A stretch of DNA of 64,000 bases from Bacteroidales bacterium (GTDB taxonomy: Bacteria; Bacteroidota; Bacteroidia; Bacteroidales; GCA-2748055), in contig JAOZQY010000001.1 of assembly GCA_029931975.1 (NCBI GenBank), forward strand, positions 24,003 through 88,002, in the 5' to 3' direction. This document shows positions 30,342 to 40,262 of the stretch, piece after piece. The notes under the pieces were generated by a model. The model was not told where the DNA came from. It worked only from the letters and a program-made list of their open reading frames with translations, and made no database searches. The translations under genes were made by a program, and so were the position numbers. Every line of letters begins with the position of its first letter. Within the stretch, counting starts at the first letter, position 1.

Positions 30342-31706
30342 ATGAAAAAGCTTGTGAAAAGAATCCTTTGGATCTTATTGATCGCTCTGATTTTTTTAGT
30401 GATCTGGTTTGCCTGGCCCAGGGTGCCCATTATTACGGCCTTTGCAGCCAAAGGAATGTGCTCCAGTGTATTTCTTGCAGATAAAACCCCGGAGCGGGTA
30501 GCTGCTGAGGATCTCTCCTTTTTCCCCATCAGCCTGGCAAAGTGTGAAATTGATTATGAGGAAAAATCGGTAACTGCAAAGGTATTTGGACTGGGGAAGC
30601 GCAAGGTGGTTTTCAGGGAAGGGCTGGGCTCGGTGATTGTGCTGGACAAACCCGAAGAGAAGTTAATGGCCGATACTTTTAAGATTCCGGATCCTGGCTA
30701 CAGTCAGGACACCATTCCCTGGCCCCTGGGCGATGTGATGCCGGAGTCGCTGCCTCAAGGGGTGAATTATGAAAAGCTCAATGCAATTCTGGATGAAGCC
30801 ATTGATGATCCGGAAGCAGAAGCTTTTAAGAAGACCCTCGGAGTAGCCGTAGTTTATGACAATGAACTAATCGGTGAAAACTACCTGGATGGCTATGATG
30901 CCTGGACAAAGTTTCATGGCTGGTCCATGACCAAATCTGTGACCGGAGCCATGGCTGGAGCACTGGTGAAGGAGGGAAGAATGGATATTAAGGCAACTAC
31001 AGGTATTCCTGAATGGTCCGGTGATGAGCGGAAGAATATTACCATTGAGAATATTTTGCATATGAGCAGCGGACTGGCTTGGTTTGAGAATTATTTCACC
31101 ATCTCCGATGCCACAGTGATGTTAATGCAGAGTGATGATATGTTTGCTTCGATCACGGGCTGTGAACTGGAGCATGAACCGGGAAGTTATTGGAACTATT
31201 CATCGGGTGACGCTAACCTGCTGTCCGGATTGCTTAGAATGGCCATCGGAGATAATCAGGAGTACCTGGGTTATGCTTATACAAGTATTTTTCATCGCAT
31301 TGGCATGTTGAATACGGTGGTGGAGACCGATGCCAGCAATCTTTTTGTGGCTTCCTCCTACAGTTATGGTTCCACTCGCGATTGGGCCCGTTTTGGTATG
31401 CTTTTCCTGAATGAGGGTATTTTCGAAGGAGATACGGTGCTTACACCAGAGTGGGTGGACTATATGAGGACTGCGGCACCAGCATCTGATGGCCAGTACG
31501 CCTCCACATTTTGGTTGAAAGAACCAAATGAGGAGCGGGCCCTGGTGGATGTACCAGACGATATTTTCTTTGCAGATGGTTTCCTGGGGCAGCGGGTTTA
31601 TATAATCCCCTCCAAAAAGCTGGTGGTGGTGCGTATGGGTTACAGCCTGAGCGACTTTAATGTAAATGATTTTCTGAGAGATATTATAGCCACTCTTCCT
31701 GCATAG
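30342..31706 (+). CDS. Serine hydrolase of the beta-lactamase/transpeptidase-like family, N-terminally anchored
   Basis: N-terminal TM helix and the S-x-x-K motif SMTKS. A YSS/YSY region is consistent with class C-like esterases. Confidence 0.8.
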   Translation: MKKLVKRILWILLIALIFLVIWFAWPRVPIITAFAAKGMCSSVFLADKTPERVAAEDLSFFPISLAKCEIDYEEKSVTAKVFGLGKRKVVFREGLGSVIVLDKPEEKLMADTFKIPDPGYSQDTIPWPLGDVMPESLPQGVNYEKLNAILDEAIDDPEAEAFKKTLGVAVVYDNELIGENYLDGYDAWTKFHGWSMTKSVTGAMAGALVKEGRMDIKATTGIPEWSGDERKNITIENILHMSSGLAWFENYFTISDATVMLMQSDDMFASITGCELEHEPGSYWNYSSGDANLLSGLLRMAIGDNQEYLGYAYTSIFHRIGMLNTVVETDASNLFVASSYSYGSTRDWARFGMLFLNEGIFEGDTVLTPEWVDYMRTAAPASDGQYASTFWLKEPNEERALVDVPDDIFFADGFLGQRVYIIPSKKLVVVRMGYSLSDFNVNDFLRDIIATLPA

Positions 31707-31783
31707 AGCTTACAGCTGTTGTGCAGCAAGCTGGGCATGTAATTTTTTTGTAATAGTGAAGTGTTCGTGATCGTAATAGGACT

Positions 31784-33434
31784 TCAGGTCCCAGGATCTT
31801 TGAAGTACTTCACCAGCCTTATTAATAAAGCATACTGATCTCCTGGTTTTAAGGCAAGGGCTAAGCGATAATACTCCTCTGCCTTTTGAATGGATCCTCC
31901 CTTTGCATATATACTGGCATACCATAGCAATATATTGGCTTCCGGCCAGCCACTCTTCTCTTTCATTTTCCGAATCTCTTCCAGGTAGAAAGCCGTCCTG
32001 GCAGTGTCACCCTGCGATACGGTACATATGGCCTGCCAGTAGTAGAAGGTGGACTTCTGTTCGGGCCAGTGCTTAATTCCCTCTTCGAAGAGCTTATGTT
32101 CCTTTTTGTGTGAACCTATTTCGTGGTAGGCCCCACCCAACAATATATAGGTCCATGCTAAGCTCAAAGCCTTCGATGGATGCTTCCCATTGGTGAAGGT
32201 TGAAGTTGATCCAGGCCACCATGTCTGTCATGTAAGTTGAGTGCGGATACAGATCCAGGTAGCGCTTAGAATAATCCAGTTGCTCCAGTGGTTTTTTATC
32301 GGCTACGGCTTTCACTGCCCGAACCTTCAATTGCATTTCTGGTGGTAACTGCTCCATCCTGTCGTATGCTTCGTATGCCCACTTTTTTGATAGTTCTGCC
32401 TGACGAATATCGGCATAACAATATGCCAGCTTCATCATGGCCGAAACGAAATTGGAGTCAGCCCGGATCGCTTTGTTGTAATTCTCTGCTGCGCAGGAAT
32501 AGTCGAGATATCCATGACACATTAAACCCTGCAGATAGTATTTATAGGCTTTCGGAGAATTGGTATAAGCATAAGCCAGATTGAAATCAACGCTTTGTCT
32601 GATCTTTTTGATTTCCAAGAAATTGCGTATTTGTAGAGAAAGGGAGTCGGACAGTTTAAACAGTTCATCTTCAGCATTGCCTTCCATCGCATAGGATTTG
32701 TAAATCTCTTCTGTGGCAGCATTCATGATATTGGCGGTAATTCTCAACTTATCGCCCAATTTGTGCATGTTCCCGGAGATCACCGTATTGGCTTCCACCT
32801 TACGAGCCATGTCATTAATCAGGGAAGGAGTAAGTGATGCGTAATTGACCCCTGCATCCTTCTATATTAAACTATTCATGGTCAAAAATTGTCTTACAGA
32901 TAATTCTTCGGAATTAGAAAGAGCAGTGATGACCAGGTTTTGCAATCCTCCCTGCCAAAGGTTGTAGATGGAATCGCCTGTCATGTTTTTAAAAGGCATC
33001 ACAGCGATGGAGATTTTCCCCTTCATCGCTCTGGGTAGATTAGAATTTCCTGCCTGGAAAATTTTAGGGTAGACCAGCACAGCTACAACAATAAGGAGAA
33101 CCCCAATTATTCCATCACTTACTCTGAGCTTCCTGCGATGAGTCACTTCAGCTTCCTTGTCCTGTACCACCTTCTCAAGGGGTTCGGTTTTTACCACCCC
33201 GTGAGGGGTGATATCAAAGATCCAGGAGAGGACCAATGCCACCGGCAGGCCAAGAATCAATAGAATGATAACCAGGGTTACGGTCCAGTCGGGTAGTCCA
33301 AGCCGGGGCAACATAATATCCCCTGCTTCCATGATGATAAAGGCGGTGGCTGCATACATAGCCAATACCTTCGGTACACCGCGTCGCTTCAGTTCCTTCC
33401 AGAAAGAAGGGCGTTTTTCCTTGGTAAGTGACAT
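31784..33434 (-). pseudogene. Membrane-anchored TPR-repeat protein gene interrupted by an in-frame TAG and a frameshift
   Basis: ORFs 33434-32862 and 32810-32094 are in the same frame, separated by a single TAG (32864-32862) and 17 sense codons. ORF 32167-31784 continues the TPR repeats in another frame, overlapping the previous ORF by 74 nt. Confidence 0.65.
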
Positions 33435-33599
33435 CTATGCACGGGTTTGGTTCTCTGCAATTTACGATTTGAAAGTACAGAAGTCAAATGACACTTGGCG
33501 GGAAAAAGCAGGAAGCCGTCCCGAATCTGCAATAGAGTAGGCCTGTTGGTCATATTGTGATTAATATCTTATATTTATCATTACTGAAAATTCCATTTA

Positions 33600-36062
33600 A
33601 TGCCACTCAACAACAACTCATTTCTGAGAATCCTGTTTTTGTCACTTGCAGTCTCCTTTATCTCCTGCAAGCGAGAGGCTGCTACAGATTTTTTTCGCAA
33701 TACCGACTTCAATGCCCAATGGCAGTTCCATATGGGCGATATTGGTGATCCAGCATCCCCGGAGATTGATGCAAGGGAGTGGAGACCGGTTCATCTTCCC
33801 CATGACTGGAGCATTGTTGATTATAAGGTACAGGATTCACTTCATGCAGGACCTTTCTATAAAAATCTTCCTGGAGGGGCGGATGTGGGATACCTGCGTG
33901 ACGGGATTGCCTGGTACAGGAAGGAATTCATGATCTCGACCAGTAGTGAAGGGAAACAGCTTATGCTCAACTTCGATGGCGTGCAGACTCAGATGGAACT
34001 CTGGGTGAATGGCACCCTGATCGGGGAGCATGCTTATGGATATACTCCCTTTCTCTTTGATATTGCTCCGGCTCTCAACCCTCCGGGCGAAAACAATGTG
34101 ATTGCAGTGAAGACTGTTAATCGGGGGGAGAATTCCAGGTGGTTTTCCGGGGCTGGTATCTACCGGCCTGTGACATTATCCATGCTTCAGCCGGTGGCCA
34201 TTGCTCCCTGGGGTTTGTATGTGACCACTTCTGAGGTATCAGATGAACAGGCAACTGTTAATCTCGAAATAGAGGTGTCCAATCAATTGGATGTGGAAGC
34301 TGAACTTACAGCAGAAATAGCCATTGTTTCACCGGGCGATCTGCAGATTATGTTTTCAACAGCTGCCCTTTCTGTAGGGGCAAATTCAAATGCTACCCTT
34401 TCTGCTTCGGAAAGCATTGGAAACCCTCAACTTTGGAATATCGATCAGCCGCAACTTTACAGGGTAGAAGCAATCCTCTATGCGGATGGTAAAAAGGTAG
34501 ATAGTTATAGTACCAGCTTTGGGATCCGATCTATAGCCTACAGTGTGAAGGATGGATTTCTGCTCAATGGAGAGGAGGTCCTGATGAAAGGTGCCTGCAT
34601 GCACCATGACAACGGACTGCTTGGAGCTGCAGCGTTTCAGGACGCTGAATACCGCAGGGTGAAACGGATGAAAGAGAATGGCTACAATGCCATCCGGACC
34701 AGTCACAATCCTCCGTCAGCATCCTTTTTGGATGCCTGTGATGAGCTGGGGATGCTGGTGATTGATGAGTCCTTTGATCACTGGTTGAAACCAAAACGCC
34801 CCAATGACTATTCCAACTATTTTGAAGAGTGGCATATGAGGGATGTGCAGGCCATGGTGTATCGCGACCGGAATCACCCCAGCGTGGTGATGTGGAGTTT
34901 TGGGAACGAGATCCAGGAGCGTTCCGATCCCGATGGCATTGAGATTGGGAAGCAACTGACAAAGGCAATTAAGGAAGTGGACGATAGCCGTCCCGTAACC
35001 CAGGCAGTATGTCATTTCTGGGATAATCCAGGAAAAGAGTGGGATTACTCAGAAGGAGCTTTCAGCATGCTGGATATTGGGGGGTATAATTACCAGTTTC
35101 TGAATTATGAACCGGATCATCTGAAATTTCCTGAGCGCATCATGTATGGCTCAGAATCGGTACCCCAGCATGCCTGGGAGAACTGGGAGATGGTAAAAAG
35201 GCACAAGTATGTACTGGGCGATTTTGTATGGACAGGGATGGACTATATCGGTGAGTCCGGAATTGGGCATCACTACCTGGTAGATAAGGGAGCCAAAGAG
35301 GAGTGGGCTTCTCTGATGGGCTGGCCCTGGTACGTGGCCTGGTGCGGTGATATCGATCTGCTGGGCAATAAAAAACCACAATCCTACTACCGTGATATAC
35401 TTTGGGGAGCGAGCAAACTTGAGATGCTGGTCTCCACCCCCCTTCCGGAGGGAAAGGAATCCAGATTAAGCTACTGGGGCTGGTACGACGAACTAAAAAG
35501 CTGGAACTGGGAGGGTCATGAAGGCAAAGCCATTACCGTGAAGGTTTATTCCTCCTATCCGGAGGTGAGACTTGAGCTTAACGGCTTGGAAGTGGCTACT
35601 TCACAAATCGACTCGCTGGATAAGTTCGTGGCTCAATTTGTGCTGCTTTATGAACCTGGTGAATTAAAGGCCAAAGGAATCAAGGATGGTAAGGAGATGG
35701 AATCGCTGATTCTGCAAACAGCCGGTCCGGCCAGTCGACTGCTAGCAGACAAAGAGAAAGCAGGAATCTCAGCTGAAAAAAATTCACTGGCCTTTATCAA
35801 TATTGGTGCCATGGATCAGGAAGGAAATCTTGCAGTTACCAATGACTCTGAGATACAGCTTGTGGTGTCCGGTCCGGCCACACTTCAGGCTGCCGGGAAT
35901 GCTGCCCCCATGCACCAGGGAAGTTTTACCGATGATACTTTCAATCTGTTCCGGGGCAAGGGCCTGGTAATTGTTCGTTCGACCGGTGAACCGGGAAACA
36001 TAACAGTGGAGGTCTCAGCAAAAGGACTGGAAGCAGCTACGGTGTCCCTGGAGGCCAGATAG
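33600..36062 (+). CDS. Glycoside hydrolase family 2 (beta-galactosidase-like), lipoprotein
   Basis: Lipobox VSFISC. GH2 sugar-binding region (WYRKEF), TIM-barrel motifs IRTSHNPPS and NHPSVVMWSFGNE, 820 aa. Confidence 0.9.
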   Translation: MPLNNNSFLRILFLSLAVSFISCKREAATDFFRNTDFNAQWQFHMGDIGDPASPEIDAREWRPVHLPHDWSIVDYKVQDSLHAGPFYKNLPGGADVGYLRDGIAWYRKEFMISTSSEGKQLMLNFDGVQTQMELWVNGTLIGEHAYGYTPFLFDIAPALNPPGENNVIAVKTVNRGENSRWFSGAGIYRPVTLSMLQPVAIAPWGLYVTTSEVSDEQATVNLEIEVSNQLDVEAELTAEIAIVSPGDLQIMFSTAALSVGANSNATLSASESIGNPQLWNIDQPQLYRVEAILYADGKKVDSYSTSFGIRSIAYSVKDGFLLNGEEVLMKGACMHHDNGLLGAAAFQDAEYRRVKRMKENGYNAIRTSHNPPSASFLDACDELGMLVIDESFDHWLKPKRPNDYSNYFEEWHMRDVQAMVYRDRNHPSVVMWSFGNEIQERSDPDGIEIGKQLTKAIKEVDDSRPVTQAVCHFWDNPGKEWDYSEGAFSMLDIGGYNYQFLNYEPDHLKFPERIMYGSESVPQHAWENWEMVKRHKYVLGDFVWTGMDYIGESGIGHHYLVDKGAKEEWASLMGWPWYVAWCGDIDLLGNKKPQSYYRDILWGASKLEMLVSTPLPEGKESRLSYWGWYDELKSWNWEGHEGKAITVKVYSSYPEVRLELNGLEVATSQIDSLDKFVAQFVLLYEPGELKAKGIKDGKEMESLILQTAGPASRLLADKEKAGISAEKNSLAFINIGAMDQEGNLAVTNDSEIQLVVSGPATLQAAGNAAPMHQGSFTDDTFNLFRGKGLVIVRSTGEPGNITVEVSAKGLEAATVSLEAR

Positions 36063-36110
36063 TTCTGCCCGGTGACCAGTGTGCTATGAATTTTTATTAA
36101 TACCTTAGAT

Positions 36111-36464
36111 ATGAAAAAATCAACAACAATTCTTATTCTTTTCCTGGCAGTATGCACGATATCTGCCCAGGATATTAACGGAACATGGAGTGGGGCACTG
36201 GATACTCCGGGAGGACAACTGCGGATTAATTTTAATGTCTCTTCAACGGAGCTTGGGTATAGCTCTACCCTGGATAGTCCCGATCAGAACGCTTATGGGA
36301 TATCGGTTGATACCACATTTTACAAAAAGCCAGAGTTAACTATCAAGGTAGCCAGTCTGGATCTGGAATACGTGGGGACTGTGGTTGATGATACATGCAT
36401 GAATGGTACTCTGACTCAGATGGGTCAATCTTTGGAGTTGAATATGAAAAAGAAGGCGGAGTAA
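36111..36464 (+). CDS. Stand-alone secreted beta-sandwich domain resembling the N-terminal module of Bacteroidota alpha/beta or serine hydrolases
   Basis: Signal peptide, then DINGTWSGALDTPGGQLRINFNVS ... LDSPDQNAYGISVD ... LEYVGTV ... GTLTQMGQSLELNMKK. In my recollection this module precedes a catalytic domain, and that domain is missing here. Confidence 0.5.
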   Translation: MKKSTTILILFLAVCTISAQDINGTWSGALDTPGGQLRINFNVSSTELGYSSTLDSPDQNAYGISVDTTFYKKPELTIKVASLDLEYVGTVVDDTCMNGTLTQMGQSLELNMKKKAE

Positions 36465-36664
36465 AGTTGTCTTCTTTTCTCAGAAATTCATGCTGAGTGA
36501 TATTGTATTTGCTGAGTTGTTGATTCATGGGCAGGCATAGCTTGTGAGGGCAATGAGTGCGATAATTTGCTTGCAAGTTTTATGGTTTTAGCTCCAGCTT
36601 GAGCATTAAGCCTTTTTTCCATAAATTGCCGGTGAGAAATTGATTTCAACCAGGTGCTTTTGAT

Positions 36665-37504
36665 ATGGGTATATTCTCCAGAGTAATTTCTCATGTTGGT
36701 TCCGGTACCACTACCGGGAATTACTATAGTTCAATGAACAATGCTTTGTTGAAGCTTAATAATGAGTATACCATGTTGCACTATCCGCTCTATGGTTCAG
36801 AAGGTGATAGTTTTCTCAAAGCACAGGCAAATCTGACCGACTATTGCATGTCGCTTTTGCCGCCTGTCAAGAATAAGATATTGCTTGAAGTGGGTTGTGG
36901 GAATGGTGTTCAGGCCATTCATATTCACAGGAAGTTTGCCCCGGAACGTATCGAAGCAATAGATCTGAATGCAGATAATATTGAAATCGCAAAAAATGAG
37001 GCTGAAAGTAAAGGTATTCAGCGAGTAGATTTCTCTGTTGATGATGCACATGATCTGTCCACAATTGAAGATAATTCCATCGATATTGTAATCAATATTG
37101 AAAGTGCTTTTCACTATCCGGATAAAGCGTCTTTTTTAAAACAGATACACCGTGTTCTCAAACCCGGAGGGTCATTTCTGATTGCAGATATTCTTGCCAG
37201 AAAAAGCAAGGGGAACCGCTTAAAGAATTCCTGGAAAAAAAACATGTCCTACCACCACTGGCTTTTAGAGAACTACCTGGAGGAGCTTTCCCGGGCCAAT
37301 TTTCAGACTGATACGGTGTCAGATATTACTTCTGGAGTAATCCGTGGATTCAAATGTTACAGGAAATGGCTTAGGGAGAGGAAAAGGCTGCATTTTATTG
37401 AAGGACTGATTCTGAAGTTATATTATACTATTCATGTAAATGTAAATGTGTATTTACTGAAGAACAGAAGAAAATATCTTGTTTTTGTGGGGAGCAAGCC
37501 GTGA
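36665..37504 (+). CDS. Class I SAM-dependent methyltransferase
   Basis: Motif I LEVGCGNGVQA, then IDL acidic loop and a post-II region. An alternative start lies at 36734. Confidence 0.8.
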   Translation: MGIFSRVISHVGSGTTTGNYYSSMNNALLKLNNEYTMLHYPLYGSEGDSFLKAQANLTDYCMSLLPPVKNKILLEVGCGNGVQAIHIHRKFAPERIEAIDLNADNIEIAKNEAESKGIQRVDFSVDDAHDLSTIEDNSIDIVINIESAFHYPDKASFLKQIHRVLKPGGSFLIADILARKSKGNRLKNSWKKNMSYHHWLLENYLEELSRANFQTDTVSDITSGVIRGFKCYRKWLRERKRLHFIEGLILKLYYTIHVNVNVYLLKNRRKYLVFVGSKP

Positions 37505-37536
37505 TCTTGAAATTTTGACCAGCTAAAAAGATAGCT

Positions 37537-38787
37537 TTGTATCAGATGGAACAATTTGATGTTATTGTTGTTGGAGCTGGTCCTGCAGGCCTGTTGGCTG
37601 CAGGAAGTGCGGCGGAGAAGGGAGGACGGGTACTTGTCCTGGAAAAGATGAGGCAGGAGGGGCGGAAGTTGCTGATTACAGGAAAGGGACGATGTAACAT
37701 TACCAATGATGCCAATGTGAGCGAATTCATAAGGCATGTCTATCCTAATGGCAGGTTTCTTCGCACTGCATTCGGGCTTTTTTTTTCCAAAGAGATTCTG
37801 GAGTTACTTCAAAGATACGGGGTGGAGACTACCTGCGAGCGGGGTGGTCGCTACTTCCCCACCAGCAACAGGTCGGCAGATGTATTAATGGCACTGTTAA
37901 AGTGGGTAAATGAAAAAAAGGTAGATATTCGTTGTGGAATGAAGGTTGAAAAACTGCTCGTTGAAAATCAAATCATAAAGGGAGTGCAGGCAAATGGCAA
38001 GGAGTTCAGAGCTGGTAAGGTAATCCTGGCCACCGGGGGGAAATCTTATCCGGCCACCGGATCTAACGGGGAAGGCTATGAATTGGCCCGTTCTGTGGGA
38101 CATACTATTGTTCCTGTAAGACCAGCCCTGGTTCCTCTGGAAACGGGAGGTAATCTGGCCCGGCAGCTGCAGGGCCTCACCTTGAAAAATGTGCGGGCAA
38201 CAATCTGGGTAAATGGAAAAAAGGACGGAGAAGATTTTGGTGAGATGATCTTTACCCATTTTGGATTATCAGGGCCCATCATACTTTCCCTTAGCAGGAT
38301 TGTGGTTGATGCCCTGCATCAGAAAAGTGCAGTGGAGATCAGTATCGATCTGAAGCCGGCTCTTGATGAACAAAAGCTGGATGTACGTTTGCTTCGGGAT
38401 CTTAATGAAGCCGGAAAAAAGAATATTTCCAATCTGTTCCGGAATTGGTTACCTGCCTCAATGATCCCTGTTTTTTTGAAATCTCTTGGAATTGATCCGG
38501 GAAAGGTTGGGCATCAGGTTTCCTCCAAAGAACGAAAGAGTATTAGAAATATGATGAAAGATTTCCGTTTTGAAATCAAGGGACACCGGTCGTTTAAGGA
38601 GGCCATCATTACAGCAGGTGGTGTCGCCACAAAAGAAATCACATCAAAAACAATGGAGTCCAAGCTGGTATTCGGACTCTATTTCGCTGGAGAGGTGATC
38701 GATGTGGATGCCGAAACAGGGGGGTATAATCTGCAGATTGCCTACTCTACCGGATTTCTGGCAGGGAGATCACTAAAGCAGTTATAG
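37537..38787 (+). CDS. NAD(P)/FAD-dependent oxidoreductase of the HI0933/BaiN-like family
   Basis: FDVIVVGAGPAGLLAA dinucleotide fold and C-terminal GGYNLQIAYSTG, typical of HI0933-like flavoproteins. Confidence 0.85.
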   Translation: MYQMEQFDVIVVGAGPAGLLAAGSAAEKGGRVLVLEKMRQEGRKLLITGKGRCNITNDANVSEFIRHVYPNGRFLRTAFGLFFSKEILELLQRYGVETTCERGGRYFPTSNRSADVLMALLKWVNEKKVDIRCGMKVEKLLVENQIIKGVQANGKEFRAGKVILATGGKSYPATGSNGEGYELARSVGHTIVPVRPALVPLETGGNLARQLQGLTLKNVRATIWVNGKKDGEDFGEMIFTHFGLSGPIILSLSRIVVDALHQKSAVEISIDLKPALDEQKLDVRLLRDLNEAGKKNISNLFRNWLPASMIPVFLKSLGIDPGKVGHQVSSKERKSIRNMMKDFRFEIKGHRSFKEAIITAGGVATKEITSKTMESKLVFGLYFAGEVIDVDAETGGYNLQIAYSTGFLAGRSLKQL

Positions 38788-39267
38788 CTGGAGACTCACT
38801 TTTTTTCTTGAATAATTCTTGTATTGAATCAATAGTCCCAGGCATCCAACTTTATCTTCGATCTCCTCCTCGGTGGACTTTCTTGCCAGGACATCCACCT
38901 TGATGGTCAATGGTTTTGCAACATCAAATCCAAGACCAATCGATTCCAGATAATTGTCCTCAGCGTTATCGTAAAGCACGTCCTGGGTCTGCTGGTCGAT
39001 CAGGATAAAGTGAATGGGGTACAATTTACTATGGGTGCAAAAGGAGAGAACATAGTCTTTTTGTCCATAAAATACCACATTGAATTCAACGGTGTCCAGG
39101 GCGCTTATGCTTGTCGAGTGGGACTGGCTGTATGTTTTGTAACCTTTCTGAAGGTCGGAATTGCAATCTCCCTCCAGGTGATGTGTTTCGCAATTCTGTG
39201 CAATCAAATGGCCGGGGAGAATCAGAAAGAGTATAGCCAGAACCTGCATTTGTCCTTTTCGTTTCAT
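38782..39267 (-). CDS. Small secreted Cys-containing protein, last gene of the ABC operon
   Basis: Signal peptide (VLAILFLILPGHLIAQ), four Cys, 161 aa. Starts 12 nt after the lipoprotein stop on the same strand. No family recognised. Confidence 0.5.
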   Translation of the reverse strand: MKRKGQMQVLAILFLILPGHLIAQNCETHHLEGDCNSDLQKGYKTYSQSHSTSISALDTVEFNVVFYGQKDYVLSFCTHSKLYPIHFILIDQQTQDVLYDNAEDNYLESIGLGFDVAKPLTIKVDVLARKSTEEEIEDKVGCLGLLIQYKNYSRKKVSLQL

Positions 39268-39279
39268 ATTTTCCCAGAT

Positions 39280-40227
39280 TTATAAATTTGCTGTTACAGT
39301 GTTATTTCTCAACTCAATGATGGCGGCCTTCAAAGCATTAAATTCATCTTCAGTTAAACTGGGCTGACTTGTTGACTTGCCCCCTCCGATGACCAGCTTT
39401 TTTAGCTGCTTGTCATCCGATTCTTTAGATGGTTTGATGGTGACTCTCCCTGTTGCTGGTTTAATTCCGTCGTAGATGCTTTTTATTTTCTCCAGACCCT
39501 CAATGGTCGATATTACACCGGGATCATCAGAATCCAAGCTTTTTGCAAAGACCATGAAGTTATCAATGGCGAATTTTTGATCGGCCAGGTGCTGTAGTGA
39601 GGCATCTGCAGTTAGGTAACTATCAATCATGTTTGCTGCAAGATACAGGCTCTCAATAAATGCACCGGCAGAGATCATCACCACTGTATTGGACCTTTCA
39701 TTTCTTTCACAGAAATGGAGGATATTTATAAATGCATCATTAGAGATGGTGTAAAGAGAATCCAGAAATTCAATGTTGTCCTGAGCTTTCTTAATCATCT
39801 CCTCATCCACAGCTTCATTTATTTGAATTTCCTCAGCCAGAGATTTCGCGACTTCCAAATAATCCAGTGTCTCCTCGTGCCTGCCAAAAAGAGCTGAGTA
39901 GGCCAGATCGGTCATGTAAATACCCAGAGCCTGAGTTTTCATTTTAGTGCCAAGATATTGATCTGCCCTTTCCACGGGATTGAGGAGTGAGCCGTCAAAG
40001 CTCATTTCAAACATATCTATTACGCTTAGCATCTCTGTAGGAGATGGGAATAGATAAAAAACCTGACTGAATGATTCAATTCCGGCTGATGATGCTGTAT
40101 TGTCTACATCCTGGATTAGCACATTGGATTCCTTTTTCCCTGACTGGCAAGCTGAGGCCATTATCATGGCGATCACTATCGCCACGGGAACGATGTTCTT
40201 TCGTAAAGGTTTCATATCGTTTTTCAT
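39280..40227 (-). CDS. Helical lipoprotein partner of the ABC protein
   Basis: Lipobox IMASAC. Paralogous by eye to 26740..27573. Starts 35 nt after the ABC gene stop. Confidence 0.6.
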   Translation of the reverse strand: MKNDMKPLRKNIVPVAIVIAMIMASACQSGKKESNVLIQDVDNTASSAGIESFSQVFYLFPSPTEMLSVIDMFEMSFDGSLLNPVERADQYLGTKMKTQALGIYMTDLAYSALFGRHEETLDYLEVAKSLAEEIQINEAVDEEMIKKAQDNIEFLDSLYTISNDAFINILHFCERNERSNTVVMISAGAFIESLYLAANMIDSYLTADASLQHLADQKFAIDNFMVFAKSLDSDDPGVISTIEGLEKIKSIYDGIKPATGRVTIKPSKESDDKQLKKLVIGGGKSTSQPSLTEDEFNALKAAIIELRNNTVTANL

Positions 40228-40262
40228 TGTAAACTTGGTTCAATTTAAACAAATTTTCCATA

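Noticed and set aside
32862-32864. The in-frame TAG in the TPR gene as programmed read-through or pyrrolysine recoding
   Set aside because: There are no pyl genes or recoding signals in the window. The same gene also carries a frameshift, so simple pseudogenisation is the more economical explanation.
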